Assembly: GCA_902825775.1 (NCBI GenBank)
Contig: CADECF010000007.1
Span: 50,457 to 114,456, forward strand
DNA length: 64,000 nt
DNA from: an uncultured Lysobacteraceae bacterium
Lineage (GTDB): Bacteria; Pseudomonadota; Gammaproteobacteria; Xanthomonadales; Xanthomonadaceae
Direction: 5' to 3'
Position numbers and translations under genes: made by a program. Shown piece after piece: positions 37,034 to 48,430 of the stretch (position 1 is the stretch's first letter; each line of letters begins with the position of its first letter). The notes below the pieces were generated by a model, which saw only the letters and a program-made list of their open reading frames with translations, was not told the DNA's origin and did no database searches.

Positions 37034-37049
37034 CTGAATACGTATTCAG
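37034..37049. promoter_or_regulatory. Perfect 16-bp palindrome, candidate LacI/GalR-type operator
   Basis: CTGAATACGTATTCAG with a central CG, in the 470-nt divergent region between treA and the TonB-dependent receptor gene. Confidence 0.35.
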
Positions 37050-37378
37050 GGACATTGCGGATGCGCATTTACATTCGTTACATGCGCTGGCGATCACTTT
37101 TTTTGCACACCATCGCAGCCAATATCGCATATCGCTGCGGCACTTCCGTTCGCGATTCGATACAGGGGATAACTCGTCCGCACGGCTTGCAACGCCGATG
37201 CGGGCCGGCTCATGCGAGCCTGGAGGCCCTTGAAGATGGCTGTATTCCGATCGTTGCATTCACTCGCACGGACCGCGGCCTTCTCATCCTTATCTTCTAT
37301 CGCCGTCGCCGCATACGCGGCCCGGATCGCCGCATCGTGCGATTCCTGCGGCATTCCTTGGTCCGTGGAGGGAACACC

Positions 37379-39952
37379 ATGAGTCGTTTCAACCGCCGTT
37401 ATGCGCTGTCGGTAGCCATTGCCGCAGCGTTGCTGCCTTTGTGCGCGCAAGCGCAGACGCAAACGCCGCCGGAGACCGCGCCGGCGCAGGAGCCGGCGCC
37501 GCAGCAGGCACCCGCGCAAACGCAGCAGCCTGCCGCGGAGAAGGCCACCACGCTCGACACGGTGGTCGTGACCGGCAGTGCGTCGGGAGGCGTGAAGAAG
37601 CTGGAAGCCAGTTACAACATCGTTACCGCCAATGCCGAGGAGATCAAACAAGCCAATCCCAAGAGCACTGCGGATCTGCTCAAGATATCGCCGGGACTGT
37701 GGCCCGAATCCACCGGCGGACAGACCGGCGCCAACATCGAAATCGCCGGTTTTCCCGGCGGCGGCGATGCGCCCTATTTTTCCACGCTGCTGATGGGCTC
37801 GCCGGTGTACGGCATGCCGACGCTGTCGTTCTTCGAAACCAGCACGCTGATCCGGCTCGACGACACCATCGAATCCGTCGAAATCCTGCAAGGCGGCCCA
37901 TCGGTCGTGTTCGCAGACGGCCAGATGGGCGCCACCGCGAATTTCAGGCTCAAGACCGGCAGCGAGATTCCTACCGGCAGCGTCGGCGTGACCTACGGCG
38001 ACGAAGGCCTGTGGCGACTCGACGCGTTCTCCGGTTTCAAGCTCGCCGAAGACTGGTACGGCAGCATCGGCGGCTTCTGGCGCAGTTCGGACGGCGTGCG
38101 CGATCCGGAATTCAAGGCCGACGAAGGCGGCCAGCTGACCGCGACCCTGTCGCACGACTTCGACCGGGGCAACCTGACCCTGTATGCGCGCTACCTCAAC
38201 GACAAGAACCAGTTCATCACGCCGATTCCGGTGATCCAACGCGGCGAAGACGAGTTCAGCGCCTACCCCGGTTTCGACCCGCTCACCTCCACCTACAACA
38301 GCAAGGCGATCCAGCACGTACGCCTGCCCGGTTATCCCGGCGGCATCGATGCGGATTTGGCCGACGGCCGCGGCGCTAAGTTTTTCTTCCTCGGCGGCAA
38401 CTTCGATTACGACTTCGACAACGGCTGGTCGATCAGCGACAAATTCCTGTACGACGAAGGCGACGCCGATACCAATGCGCTGTTCTCCGGCAACAATCCG
38501 GCCTCGCTCAACGACATGCTCTACACGCCGGGGCTGGCGGGCGGCCTGGAACTGCCGGCGGGATCGGCCACGGCCAATTTCGTCGGCGGCGGCGCAGTGC
38601 CGGGCGACCAGAGCGTGATCCATCAGGGCTGGTGGCACATCCACAAGCATTTGAAGAGCATCAACAACGACTTCCGGCTGAGTAAAGAACTCTTCGAGGG
38701 CAACACCCTCACCATCGGCGTCTACATCAACCACTACACCATGAACGACAAGTGGGCGCTGGGCAATCAGATGATGATGACCAATACGCCGAACGCGCGG
38801 CCGATCACGGTCAGCTACGTCGGCGCCGACGGCAACGTCCATCAGGCCACCGACAACCAGGGCCTGCTCGACTACGGCACCTTCAACATCGCCCAGCACG
38901 GCAGCGCCACCAACACGGCGTTCTACGTGTCCGATTCATGGCGCATCGGCAAGTGGCTGCTGGATCTGTCCGGGCGCGTCGAGAACATGGACGCGACCAA
39001 CAACGTTTGCAACTTCCAGAATAATTCCGACGCAGACGGCGATGGCGTGACGGATTTCGTCGACTTGGACGGGAATCCGCTGACCGAGTACGACAATCAT
39101 GTGCCCGTCTGCGACGGCACCTTCGCCAGGACCGGATACAAGAAGACCCACCCATCCTGGACCGCAGGCGCCAACTATTCGTTCACCGACCATATGTCGG
39201 CCTACGGCCGCGTCAACACCGGCGGCCATTTCCTCGATTTCGACAACGGCATCCGCGGCAGCACCACCGCCAACACGCCGCCGATGCATCGGGTCCGCAA
39301 CTACGAAATGGGCTTCAAGTACCAGTCCGACCTGCTGTACGCCGACATCAGCGCGTATCGCCGCAAATTCACCGGCCTGCCGTTCCAGCCGACCGATGGC
39401 GCCGGCACGCCGGTGGGCACTCCGCTCATTTATGGCTCCGATTCTTGGGGCGTCAATTTCATCGGCGCGTTGACGCCGGTCGAGAACCTGCGCTTCGAGC
39501 TGGTCGCCAATTACCTGGACGGCGAATACACCGATTTCGATGCCTGCTTCCCGTACGTCGACATCAACGGCAACAATGCCTGCCAGCCGATCGAAGGGCA
39601 GCAATTGCAGCGCCAGCCCAAGCTGCGCTACATGTTCACGCCGAGCTACAAGTTCGTCTTCGGCTGGGGCGACATCAGGCCGTACATCACCTACACCCAT
39701 GTCGGCGACCACACCCAGGACCAATCCGGGCTGCAACAACTGGGCTCCTACCACACCTTGGATTTCGGAGTGGTCTCCAATGTCGGCGTACATTGGCAAT
39801 TCAACGTGCGCGGCACCAATGTGACCAACGAGCTGGGCCTGACCGAAAGCAACTCGCGCATTTTCGGTACGGCCTCCAGCGCAGGCGGCGTGCTGCTGGC
39901 GCGTCCGCTGGAGGGCCGCGAGATCAACGTGCAGGCGAAGTATCTCTGGTAA
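37379..39952 (+). CDS. TonB-dependent outer-membrane receptor
   Basis: Met 122 of the track ORF. Signal peptide ...LCAQAQ, Ala/Pro/Gln linker, TonB-box-like LDTVVVTG, plug and a 22-strand-type barrel ending ...VQAKYLW. Confidence 0.9.
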   Translation: MSRFNRRYALSVAIAAALLPLCAQAQTQTPPETAPAQEPAPQQAPAQTQQPAAEKATTLDTVVVTGSASGGVKKLEASYNIVTANAEEIKQANPKSTADLLKISPGLWPESTGGQTGANIEIAGFPGGGDAPYFSTLLMGSPVYGMPTLSFFETSTLIRLDDTIESVEILQGGPSVVFADGQMGATANFRLKTGSEIPTGSVGVTYGDEGLWRLDAFSGFKLAEDWYGSIGGFWRSSDGVRDPEFKADEGGQLTATLSHDFDRGNLTLYARYLNDKNQFITPIPVIQRGEDEFSAYPGFDPLTSTYNSKAIQHVRLPGYPGGIDADLADGRGAKFFFLGGNFDYDFDNGWSISDKFLYDEGDADTNALFSGNNPASLNDMLYTPGLAGGLELPAGSATANFVGGGAVPGDQSVIHQGWWHIHKHLKSINNDFRLSKELFEGNTLTIGVYINHYTMNDKWALGNQMMMTNTPNARPITVSYVGADGNVHQATDNQGLLDYGTFNIAQHGSATNTAFYVSDSWRIGKWLLDLSGRVENMDATNNVCNFQNNSDADGDGVTDFVDLDGNPLTEYDNHVPVCDGTFARTGYKKTHPSWTAGANYSFTDHMSAYGRVNTGGHFLDFDNGIRGSTTANTPPMHRVRNYEMGFKYQSDLLYADISAYRRKFTGLPFQPTDGAGTPVGTPLIYGSDSWGVNFIGALTPVENLRFELVANYLDGEYTDFDACFPYVDINGNNACQPIEGQQLQRQPKLRYMFTPSYKFVFGWGDIRPYITYTHVGDHTQDQSGLQQLGSYHTLDFGVVSNVGVHWQFNVRGTNVTNELGLTESNSRIFGTASSAGGVLLARPLEGREINVQAKYLW

Positions 39953-39977
39953 CGCGCAGCGCCGACGGAGTGGGTCG

Positions 39978-42017
39978 ATGCGGATCGCGATGAAGTCGGC
40001 GCTGCCGGCATTGCTGGCCTGCGCTCTGTCTTTCAGCGCAGCCGGTGCGCAAGCGCCGCTGCGATTCCGGGTGGCCGAAGGCGACGTGCTCAATGCCTTT
40101 TACCGGCAAGGCCCGGTTGCGGCCCATCTATTGCTGAATTCGGGGCGCAAGCCGCGCGTGCTGGTGGCATTCCCGGCCGGCAACAGCGGCGTCGGCGTCT
40201 GGTTCGAAGAAACCGGCGCGCCCGTGCGCTGGACGTTGGACAAAGTGGAAGGGCTCGCCCAGGACGACGAACGCGGCCGGCCCTTGCATGGGATCGTGGC
40301 TGAAGCGAGCGTCGACGCGCCGCGCCTGGTGATTCGCGATGCCGTGCTCGGCAGCGTGCGCGTGCTGCGCGATTTCCAGCTTGGAATCTCGTATCCCGAA
40401 TCGGTCGCCACTGCGGCGCGAACATCGGCGAATACGGTCGCCTGGGCACGGCCGCGCATCGACGGCGCGGCCGGCTACAAAATCTCGATCGAACTCCGCG
40501 ACGGTCGCTTGAGCGGCGGCGGCAATGCGCCGCTGGTGTTCGCGCCGGCGCGCAAAGGCGACCCGATGCGGTTGCGCATCGTCGCGCTGACCGGCGAAAA
40601 GCCGCTCACACCGCTCGATGCCCCCACCCTGCTCGATACCGCGGCCGGGGGCGACGCGCGAGCCCGCCAGGTGCTGCAATTCCTGAGCTACGAAGAAAAA
40701 TTCCTGGCCGGCTCATGGCGCTTCGACACCTATTTCGGCCGCGATACGCTGATGTCGCTGCGTCTGCTGATGCCGGCGCTGCAGCCCGAGGCGATCGAAA
40801 ACGGCTTGGCGTCCGTGCTTGAACGCCTGAACCCGCAAGGCGAAGTGGCGCACGAGGAAGACATCGGCGAATTCGCGCTGCTGCGCCATCGCAAGGAAGA
40901 CGGCGACGGCGCGCCCTACAACGACACTCCGATCTACGACTACAACATGGTCGACGACGACCGCATGCTCGCACCGGTGGCCGCCGCCTATCTGCTCGAC
41001 GATCCGCGCAGCCGCGGCCGCATCGCGACCTTTCTCGCGCGCAAAACATCGGCCGGCGAGCCGCTGGGCGCCGCGCTGGCTCGCAACTTCGCCTTCGTGC
41101 TCGATTCCGCCGCGGCTTTCTCCCGCAAGCCGGCGACCGCGAACCTGATCGCGCTAAAGCCCGGCCGCGACGCCGGACAGTGGCGCGACAGCCGCGAGGG
41201 ATTGGCGGGAGGCCGCTATGCCTACGATGTCAATGCCGTGTTCATGCCGGCGGCGCTGGACGCCATCGCGCGTTTCCAACATGCCGGTTCGCTGCAACCT
41301 TACGCGACGCCGCAGCAGCAGCGCGCGTTTGCGGGCGCCGCTGCGAAAGCCGCTCAATGGCGGACGCATGCGCCGAAGCTGTTCCGCGTGAAGATCCCCG
41401 CTGCGCAAGCCAAGAATGGCATCTCGCGTTATGCCAAGGCCGAAGGCATCGACCCCGCGCCTGCGCTGGCCAGCGTATCGCAAGAAGCGCTGCGCTTCGA
41501 TGCGCTGGCCCTGGATGCGAACGGCCGGCCGATTCCCGTCCTGCATTCCGATGGCGGCTTCGCGTTGCTGTTCCTGAACCCCGATCCCCAGAAGGCACGC
41601 GACATGGTCGAAAGCATGTTGCGTCCCTTCCCCGCGGGCCTGCTGACCGGCGCCGGCCTGCTGGTCGCCAATCCGGCCTATGCCGATACGCGCATCGCCA
41701 ACGCCTTCGGCCGCAACGCCTACCACGGCACCGTGGTCTGGTCGTGGCAACAAGCGCTGCTTGCGGCGGGCCTTGCGCTGCAACTGCAGCGCGAGGACTT
41801 GCCCGCATCCATCCGTACGAATCTTGGCGATGCGCAGCGCCGTTTATGGCGGGCGATCGACGATAACCAGGCAATGCGCACTTCGGAGCTATGGTCGTGG
41901 TCGTACGCGGACGGCCATTATCGGGCGACGCCGTTCGGCCAGAGCAGCGGAGATGCCGACGAATCCAACGCCGCGCAACTTTGGAGCACCGTTTACCTGG
42001 CGATTCCGCCGCCGTAG
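39978..42017 (+). CDS. Secreted protein, possible (alpha/alpha)6-barrel glycosidase-like enzyme
   Basis: 679 aa. Signal peptide ...SFSAAGAQA. Segments FDTYFGRDTLMSL and YHGTVVWSWQQ are reminiscent of GDE_C/six-hairpin glycosidases. Sits 25 nt after the receptor gene. The function call is weak. Confidence 0.55.
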   Translation: MRIAMKSALPALLACALSFSAAGAQAPLRFRVAEGDVLNAFYRQGPVAAHLLLNSGRKPRVLVAFPAGNSGVGVWFEETGAPVRWTLDKVEGLAQDDERGRPLHGIVAEASVDAPRLVIRDAVLGSVRVLRDFQLGISYPESVATAARTSANTVAWARPRIDGAAGYKISIELRDGRLSGGGNAPLVFAPARKGDPMRLRIVALTGEKPLTPLDAPTLLDTAAGGDARARQVLQFLSYEEKFLAGSWRFDTYFGRDTLMSLRLLMPALQPEAIENGLASVLERLNPQGEVAHEEDIGEFALLRHRKEDGDGAPYNDTPIYDYNMVDDDRMLAPVAAAYLLDDPRSRGRIATFLARKTSAGEPLGAALARNFAFVLDSAAAFSRKPATANLIALKPGRDAGQWRDSREGLAGGRYAYDVNAVFMPAALDAIARFQHAGSLQPYATPQQQRAFAGAAAKAAQWRTHAPKLFRVKIPAAQAKNGISRYAKAEGIDPAPALASVSQEALRFDALALDANGRPIPVLHSDGGFALLFLNPDPQKARDMVESMLRPFPAGLLTGAGLLVANPAYADTRIANAFGRNAYHGTVVWSWQQALLAAGLALQLQREDLPASIRTNLGDAQRRLWRAIDDNQAMRTSELWSWSYADGHYRATPFGQSSGDADESNAAQLWSTVYLAIPPP

Positions 42018-42073
42018 TCGAATCCGGTTCGCGGGCGCTCGATTCGGGGCGTCGGACCTCAAGGAGATTCCGC

Positions 42074-42496
42074 ATGAAAGCTCGTATCACCGTCATCACG
42101 ATCGGCGTGGACGATTTGCAACGTGCGCTTCGGTTCTACCGAGACGGTCTCGGCTTGAAGACCGAAGGCATCATCGGCGAGGAGATCGAGCACGGCGCTG
42201 TGGCGTTCTTCGACTTGCAACCCGGTTTGAAGCTCGCCATCTGGCCGCGTAAGAGCATTTCGCACGACTCCGGCGTCCCGCTGGAAGCATCCAGCGCCAC
42301 CGAGTTCACCCTCGGACACAACCTCTCGTCGAAAGAAGAAGTCGATGCCGCCATGCGCCAGGCCGAAGCCGCCGGCGCCGCGATCGTAAAACCCGCTCAA
42401 GAAACTTCTTGGGGAGGCTACGCGGGCTACTTCCAAGACCCCGACCGGCATTTGTGGGAAGCGTTGTGGAATCCACAATTACTTCCCGAAGATTGA
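42074..42496 (+). CDS. VOC-family (glyoxalase fold) protein
   Basis: Met 62 of the track ORF with an AAGGAG RBS. MKARITVITIGVDDLQRALRFYRDGLGL is typical of VOC proteins. Confidence 0.8.
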   Translation: MKARITVITIGVDDLQRALRFYRDGLGLKTEGIIGEEIEHGAVAFFDLQPGLKLAIWPRKSISHDSGVPLEASSATEFTLGHNLSSKEEVDAAMRQAEAAGAAIVKPAQETSWGGYAGYFQDPDRHLWEALWNPQLLPED

Positions 42497-42534
42497 GTCG
42501 CTTGCGAACAGCCTATTGTGCGGACGTCTCAACG

Positions 42535-44730
42535 TCACGCCACATCCGGCATTTTCGCGATCAGCTTGTCCAACGTAATCGGATACTCGCGCACGCGAAC
42601 CCCGGTGGCGTTGTAGATCGCATTCGCGACCGCGCCGCCGACGCCGCAGATGCCCAGTTCGCCTACGCCCTTGGCCTTCATCGGCGAGGACATCGGATCG
42701 GTCTCGTCCAGGAATACGACTTCCTGGTGCGGAATGTCGGCATGCACCGGCACTTCATAGCCGGCAAGGTCGTGGTTGACGAAGAAACCCAGCCGCTTAT
42801 CTACGACCAGCTCTTCCATCAACGCGGCGCCCGCGCCCATCACCATCGCGCCGATCACTTGGCTGCGCGCCGACTTCGGATTGAGGATGCGTCCGGCCGC
42901 GCAGACCGCCAGCATGCGCCGGATGCGGATCTCGGCGGTATGCGCGTCGACGCCGACTTCGACGAAATGCGCGCCGAAAGTAGCCTGTTGGAACTTCTTC
43001 GCCAGGTCGCCGAACTCGATAGCGTCTTCGGCGACCAGCTCGCCGTCCTTCGCCGCATCCGTCAGCGCGAAGCTGCGCCCACCCGCGCTCACCTTGCCGT
43101 CGGCGAACTCCGCCGCGGCCGGATCCAAGCCTAGTTTGCCCGCCACCGCTTCGCGCAACTTCATGCATGCTGCGTACACGCCTGCCGTCGAACTGTTGGC
43201 CCCCCACTGTCCGCCCGAACCGGCGGAGACCGGAAAACTCGAATCGCCCAACCGCACGTCGACCTGTTGCAACGGAACGCCCATCATTTCGGCGGCCGTC
43301 TGCGCGATGACCGTGTAGGTGCCGGTGCCGATGTCGGTCATGTCGGTCTCGACCGCGATCCTGCCGCGCCCATCCAGACGCACGCGCGCAGCCGACTTCA
43401 TCGTCAGATTGTTGCGGTAGGCGGCGGCCACGCCCATCCCCACCCACCATCGCCCGTCGCGAACCTGCGCAGGTTTGGCCTTGCGCTTGTCCCAACCGAA
43501 CTTGTCCGCACCGGTGCGCAAGCATTCCACCAGATTCCGCTGCGAGAACGGCCGCTCGGGCCTCTCCGGATCCACCTGCGTGTCGTTGAGAATGCGGAAC
43601 GCCACCGGGTCCATGCCCAGCTTCTCGGCCATTTCGTCGACGGCGGCTTCCAACGCCATCATCCCCGGCGCCTCGCCGGGCGCGCGCATCGCATTGCCTT
43701 CGGGCAGATCCAGCGCCGCCAGACGCAGTGCGCATTTGCGGTTCGCGCCGGCGTAGAGCCAGCGCGTTTGCTGGGTCGCCACTTCGGGGTCGCCACCGGG
43801 CAGGTCGCCGGACCAGCTTTCGTGCGCGATCGCGTCGATCTTGCCGTCCTTGCCGCAACCGATGCGGATGCGCTGGATCGTGGCCGGACGGTGGGTGGTG
43901 TTGTTGAACATCAGCGGCCGGGTCAGCGCGACTTTCACCGGACGCTTGGCGGCTTTCGCGCCGAGCGCCGCGAGTAACGCATCCGCGCGCAGGAAGAGTT
44001 TCCCGCCGAAACCGCCGCCGATATACGGCGAATCCAGGCGAACCTTCTCCGCCGGGATGCCCAGCGTCCGCGCCATGTCCTGCTTGCCCCAGTTGATCAT
44101 CTGGTTGGCCGTCCACAGCGTCAGTTCGTCGCCGTTCCAGGCTGCGATCGACGCGTGCGGTTCCATCATCGCGTGCGATTGATCGGGCGTGGTGTAGGTG
44201 ACGTCGAGCTGCACCGGCGCATTCGCGAAGCCGGTCTCGAAATCGCCCGCGCCGGTGTCCGGATCGTTCCTGGGCACGACCGCCGAATCCTTGACGCGTG
44301 CAAGGTCGTACTGGCCCTTTGCGCGGCTGTAGTCGACGCGCACCAGCTGCGCCGCGGCGCGCGCCTGCTCGAAGGTTTCGGCGACGACCAGGGCGATCGC
44401 CTGATGATAGTGCTGGACCTCCGGCCCGCCCAGCAGGTTCGCGGTGTTGAATCTGCCTTTGGTTAGCTTGCCTGCATTGCGTGCGGTGACCACAGCGAGC
44501 ACGCCGGGCGCTTTCTGCGCGACACTCGTGTCGATAGTCGAGATGCGGCCCTTGGCGATGGCCGCACCGATGACATAACCGTAGGCCTGGTTCGGCGCCA
44601 CGTCGTGGCGTTCATACGCATAAGGCGCGGTGCCGCTGGTCTTGAGCGGCCCGTCGATGCGGTCGGTCGGCTTGCCGACGACGTTGAGCCGGTCGATCGG
44701 ATTGGTGGCAGCCGGCGTGTCGAATTTCAT
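42535..44730 (-). CDS. Xanthine-dehydrogenase-family molybdopterin-binding subunit (PaoC/IorB-like aldehyde oxidoreductase)
   Basis: Met 182 of the track ORF ([21 protein letters not shown]...). Ald_Xan_dh domains throughout. ATGA overlap with the FAD subunit gene. Confidence 0.9.
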   Translation of the reverse strand: MKFDTPAATNPIDRLNVVGKPTDRIDGPLKTSGTAPYAYERHDVAPNQAYGYVIGAAIAKGRISTIDTSVAQKAPGVLAVVTARNAGKLTKGRFNTANLLGGPEVQHYHQAIALVVAETFEQARAAAQLVRVDYSRAKGQYDLARVKDSAVVPRNDPDTGAGDFETGFANAPVQLDVTYTTPDQSHAMMEPHASIAAWNGDELTLWTANQMINWGKQDMARTLGIPAEKVRLDSPYIGGGFGGKLFLRADALLAALGAKAAKRPVKVALTRPLMFNNTTHRPATIQRIRIGCGKDGKIDAIAHESWSGDLPGGDPEVATQQTRWLYAGANRKCALRLAALDLPEGNAMRAPGEAPGMMALEAAVDEMAEKLGMDPVAFRILNDTQVDPERPERPFSQRNLVECLRTGADKFGWDKRKAKPAQVRDGRWWVGMGVAAAYRNNLTMKSAARVRLDGRGRIAVETDMTDIGTGTYTVIAQTAAEMMGVPLQQVDVRLGDSSFPVSAGSGGQWGANSSTAGVYAACMKLREAVAGKLGLDPAAAEFADGKVSAGGRSFALTDAAKDGELVAEDAIEFGDLAKKFQQATFGAHFVEVGVDAHTAEIRIRRMLAVCAAGRILNPKSARSQVIGAMVMGAGAALMEELVVDKRLGFFVNHDLAGYEVPVHADIPHQEVVFLDETDPMSSPMKAKGVGELGICGVGGAVANAIYNATGVRVREYPITLDKLIAKMPDVA

Positions 44731-45683
44731 GCCTTGGCTCCTGCTTCCACCAGCACCGCGGCGATAGTGCGTTCGACCAGCGGCACCTTGAAGGCGTTGT
44801 GCTCGGTCGTCTTCGCGCCCGCCAGCAAGACCGCCGCGACGGCCTTCGCACCGCGCGGCAGCTCGGACTCGGCGGCTTCGTTGCGCCATGGCTTGTGCGC
44901 GACGCCGCCCAATGCGATGCGACCGCTGCCGTTGCGCTGCACGACGGCCGCGACCGAGACCAGCGCGAACGCGTAGGACGCGCGATCGCGCACCTTGCGA
45001 TAGAAATGCTTTCCGCCGACCGGCTCGGGCAAGGTCACCGCGGTGATCAGCTCGCCGGCCGTCAACTCGGTTTCGACCTGAGGCGTGTCGCCGGGCAGAC
45101 GGTGAAACTCGGCGATCGGGATGCTGCGCGCGCTGCCATCCGGCTTCATCGTCTCCACGGTGGCATCGAGCGCGCGCATCGCCACCGCCATGTCGCTGGG
45201 ATGGGTGGCGATGCAGGCTTCGCTGGTGCCCATGATCGCGTGCTGACGGCTGAAGCCGCCCATGGCCGCGCAACCGCTGCCTGGCAGTCGCTTGTTGCAG
45301 GGTTGCGCGGAGTCGTAGAAGTACGGACAGCGGGTGCGCTGCAGAAGGTTGCCGGCCGTGGTGGCTTTGTTGCGCAACTGGCCGGAAGCGCCTGCGAGCA
45401 ACGCGCGCGACAGCACGCCATAGTCCCGGCGTACCCGCTTATCCGCAGCGAGGTCGGTATTGCGCACCAGCGCGCCGATGCGTAGGCCGCCGCCGTCGGT
45501 TTTCTCGATGCGATCGAGTTGCAGGCCGTTCACGTCCACCAAGTGCGCGGGCGTTTCGATTTCCAGTTTCATCAAGTCGAGCAGGTTGGTGCCGCCAGCG
45601 ATGAAGCGGGCGCCGGGTGTATGCGCGACCGCGGCAGCGGCTTCTCCGGGCGTCTTCGCACGCTCGTAGGAAAAGGCCTTCAT
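44727..45683 (-). CDS. FAD-binding subunit of the aldehyde oxidoreductase (PaoB-like)
   Basis: Met 72 of the track ORF ([16 protein letters not shown]...[16 protein letters not shown]). 4-nt overlaps on both sides. Confidence 0.9.
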   Translation of the reverse strand: MKAFSYERAKTPGEAAAAVAHTPGARFIAGGTNLLDLMKLEIETPAHLVDVNGLQLDRIEKTDGGGLRIGALVRNTDLAADKRVRRDYGVLSRALLAGASGQLRNKATTAGNLLQRTRCPYFYDSAQPCNKRLPGSGCAAMGGFSRQHAIMGTSEACIATHPSDMAVAMRALDATVETMKPDGSARSIPIAEFHRLPGDTPQVETELTAGELITAVTLPEPVGGKHFYRKVRDRASYAFALVSVAAVVQRNGSGRIALGGVAHKPWRNEAAESELPRGAKAVAAVLLAGAKTTEHNAFKVPLVERTIAAVLVEAGAKA

Positions 45684-46333
45684 GCGCGCCTCCCCGAAAC
45701 CTCGGCGATCGCCTCGATGATGTTCGAGTACGCACCGCAACGGCAGAGGTTGCCGCTCATGCGCTCGCGGATCTCGTCCGCCGTGGCGCGCGGTCGCGCG
45801 CCCAGGTCCGTGCTCGCGTGGCTGGGGATGCCGGCTTCGATCTCCTCCAACACCGCTACCGCGGAGCAGATCTGGCCGGGCGTGCAGTAACCGCACTGGT
45901 AGCCGTCGTGCTTGACGAAGGCGCGCTGCATCGGATGCAAGGCTTCCGGCGTGCCGAGCCCTTCGATCGTGGTGATCTCATCGCCCTCGTGCATCACCGC
46001 CAGGCTCAGGCAAGCATTGATGCGGCGACCGTTGGCGATCACCGTGCAGGCGCCGCACTGGCCGTGATCGCAGCCCTTCTTGCTGCCGGTGAGCTTCAGG
46101 TGCTCGCGCAACGCGTCGAGGAGCGTAGTGCGCGTATCGAGTTCGAGCGCTTGCTGCTTGCCGTTGACGTTGAGCGATACCTTCGACATCACCGGAGGCT
46201 TCGCGGGCGAACTTGCGGCGGCTTCCGCAGCCATCGATGCAACGGCGGGAAGAGCGGTGGCTGCCGCCGACGCGGCACCCGCGAGCAGCACTTCGCGCCG
46301 GGTCAGCTTCACCCCGTCATCGGGACCTTGCAT
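45680..46333 (-). CDS. [2Fe-2S] subunit with Tat leader (PaoA-like)
   Basis: 217 aa. [15 protein letters not shown] Tat-type leader and two 2Fe-2S Cys motifs ([19 protein letters not shown]...CRCGAY). Confidence 0.9.
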   Translation of the reverse strand: MQGPDDGVKLTRREVLLAGAASAAATALPAVASMAAEAAASSPAKPPVMSKVSLNVNGKQQALELDTRTTLLDALREHLKLTGSKKGCDHGQCGACTVIANGRRINACLSLAVMHEGDEITTIEGLGTPEALHPMQRAFVKHDGYQCGYCTPGQICSAVAVLEEIEAGIPSHASTDLGARPRATADEIRERMSGNLCRCGAYSNIIEAIAEVSGRRA

Positions 46334-46767
46334 ATCTGGCTTCCTTTCGGTTGCTTGGATGCGTGGAGGCGGTCGATGGCCTGCAGCGGGCGCGCGGTTG
46401 CTTCGCTGCGCGGTCCCGCCTTAAACCGGTGCCGATAGGTAACAGCTCCCGCGCTACATCGGCGTGAATCTTGTTCGCGGAAGCATAGGTTGCCGCCTTT
46501 CGAAAGCATAAATCGGCGGCCGGCCGAGCGCTTGCAAGCCTCTGATCGGCCTGGTCGCTTCGACCCTAAGCGGATATCCGCGCAGCCGCCAGGGAAATCG
46601 GATGGTATGGCCGAAGAATAGCTGAACGGCCCGAAGTTTCCCGTCCGAAAAAACAAGAGCGCACCCGTCCGCCGGATCGGGCGGTGTCGCGTTTCCCGCC
46701 TGTTTTCCGCTCAACCAAGACGAGGTCGCCACGCTGGCGGCCGCCTTTCGAGAACAGGAGCACACCG

Positions 46768-48342
46768 ATGTCCCACCTCACACGCCGCTCTGCCGGCCGC
46801 GGCCTGCCGCGCATGACCATGGCCTGCCTGCTGGGCCTGGCGATCGCACCCGCCTGGGCGCAGAACGCAACCTGCGAGATCAACGACGGCGATCCCGCCA
46901 CGCACGAGATCAGCGGATCGAGCACGGCTTCGGGCGCGATCGCATTCGCCTGCGGCGTGGGCAACGACGCCGACGGCGACGCCGCAAGCGCCTTCGGCCG
47001 CAACAACGATGCGGGCGGCGATAACAGCACGTCCGTGGGGTACGGCAACCTTTCGTCGGGCGATTTCGCCAGCGCGTTCGGCTACGCCAACTCGGCCAGC
47101 GGCACCGAATCCGTCGCCCTGGGCTACAGCAACGCCGCCGACGGCTTCAGCATCGCGGTCGGCAACGACAACGATGCCACCGGGCTGAGTCTCGCGGTCG
47201 GATCCTTGAACGAGGCCGGCAGCCAGAGCATCGCCGTCGGCAAGAACAACGTCGCCAACGGCGGCTTCAGCATCGCCGTCGGCCAATCGAACGAAGCCAC
47301 CGCGAACAGTACGGTCGCGGTCGGGCGCAGCAATGTCGCTAGCGGGACGAGCAGCGTCGCCATGGGCAATTCCAGCGATGCCACGGGAGTTGCGAGCACG
47401 GCAGTGGGCGTCGGCACGCGGGCGGCGGGCGCGCGAAGCGTCGCGTTCGGCTACTCGAGCACCGCCGCCGGAACGCAGGCGTTGGCGGTGGGCGGGCATT
47501 ACGACCGCAATAACGATGGCTTCATCGCTCTGGACCTCGATCTCGATGGCGACGGCGTGCTGGATGCGTCGTCCGAGACCGCAGTCGCCGACGGCGAAAG
47601 CGCGATCGCGATCGGCTTGGGCGTGCGCGCCTCTGGACAGTACGCGAGCGCGGTCGGGATCGACAGCACGGCATCGGGCGCCCACAGCGCCGCGTTCGGC
47701 TTCGGCGCCGTGGCCAGTGCCGACAACAGCCTTGCGCTCGGCGATGGCGCCGTCGCCGACCGTACGAACACGGTTTCGGTCGGCAGCGCCGGCAACGAGC
47801 GCCAGATCGTCAACGTCGCCGCCGGCACGCAGGCGACCGACGCGGTCAATCTGTCGCAACTGCAGAGCACGCTGGCGACGGCCAACGCCTATACCGATAC
47901 CGCCGTCGCCACCGGCGGCACCGCAGCCAATGCCTATACCGACAATCGCGAAGCCGCGATCCGCACCGATCTGGAAGCGGGCGACGCGGCGACGTTGACC
48001 GCCGCCAACCAATACACCGACGCGCGTATCGCGGAAATTTCCTCGCTGAGCGAGGATTTCGATGCTTTCCGGGGTGAGGTCGATCGACGGTTCGATCGGC
48101 AGGACGATCGCATCGACCGGCTAGGCGCGCTGAGCGCAGCCATGGTCGGCATGGCGTCCAGCGCGGCGGCCGTGGAAGGCGGACAGACCCGCATCGGCAT
48201 CGCTGCCGGCACTTATGGCGGCAAACAAGCGTTGTCGATGGGCGTGCAGCGGCGGATCGGCAACCGTGCGGCGATGACGTTGGGCGGCGCATTCAGCGGC
48301 TCCGAGCGTTCGGCCACGGTCGGCGTCGGCATCGGCTTCTGA
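46768..48342 (+). CDS. YadA-like trimeric autotransporter adhesin (adhesin 2)
   Basis: Met 29 of the track ORF with an AGGAG RBS. Signal peptide ...APAWAQ, head repeats, stalk, and a C-terminal anchor ending ...VGVGIGF. Confidence 0.85.
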   Translation: MSHLTRRSAGRGLPRMTMACLLGLAIAPAWAQNATCEINDGDPATHEISGSSTASGAIAFACGVGNDADGDAASAFGRNNDAGGDNSTSVGYGNLSSGDFASAFGYANSASGTESVALGYSNAADGFSIAVGNDNDATGLSLAVGSLNEAGSQSIAVGKNNVANGGFSIAVGQSNEATANSTVAVGRSNVASGTSSVAMGNSSDATGVASTAVGVGTRAAGARSVAFGYSSTAAGTQALAVGGHYDRNNDGFIALDLDLDGDGVLDASSETAVADGESAIAIGLGVRASGQYASAVGIDSTASGAHSAAFGFGAVASADNSLALGDGAVADRTNTVSVGSAGNERQIVNVAAGTQATDAVNLSQLQSTLATANAYTDTAVATGGTAANAYTDNREAAIRTDLEAGDAATLTAANQYTDARIAEISSLSEDFDAFRGEVDRRFDRQDDRIDRLGALSAAMVGMASSAAAVEGGQTRIGIAAGTYGGKQALSMGVQRRIGNRAAMTLGGAFSGSERSATVGVGIGF

Positions 48343-48379
48343 GCGTTTGCGATCCGTCCTTCCCGTGGGACGGATCGGC

Positions 48380-48411
48380 GGGCGTGGCGGCGACGCCACG
48401 CCCGTTTTTTT
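48380..48411 (+). terminator. Rho-independent terminator after adhesin 2
   Basis: GGGCGTGGCG-GCGA-CGCCACGCCC followed by GTTTTTTT. Confidence 0.65.
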
Positions 48412-48430
48412 CGTGCGAGTACCGTCGAAG

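Noticed and set aside
36910-37378. Possible riboswitch (e.g. cobalamin) in the long leader of the TonB-dependent receptor gene
   Set aside because: No conserved riboswitch core sequences were recognised by eye. Only the 16-bp palindrome stands out.
46334-46767. Possible Moco or c-di-GMP riboswitch in the 434-nt divergent region between the PaoA-like gene and adhesin 2
   Set aside because: No recognisable conserved cores were seen. This cannot be decided without a covariance-model search (Rfam/Infernal).
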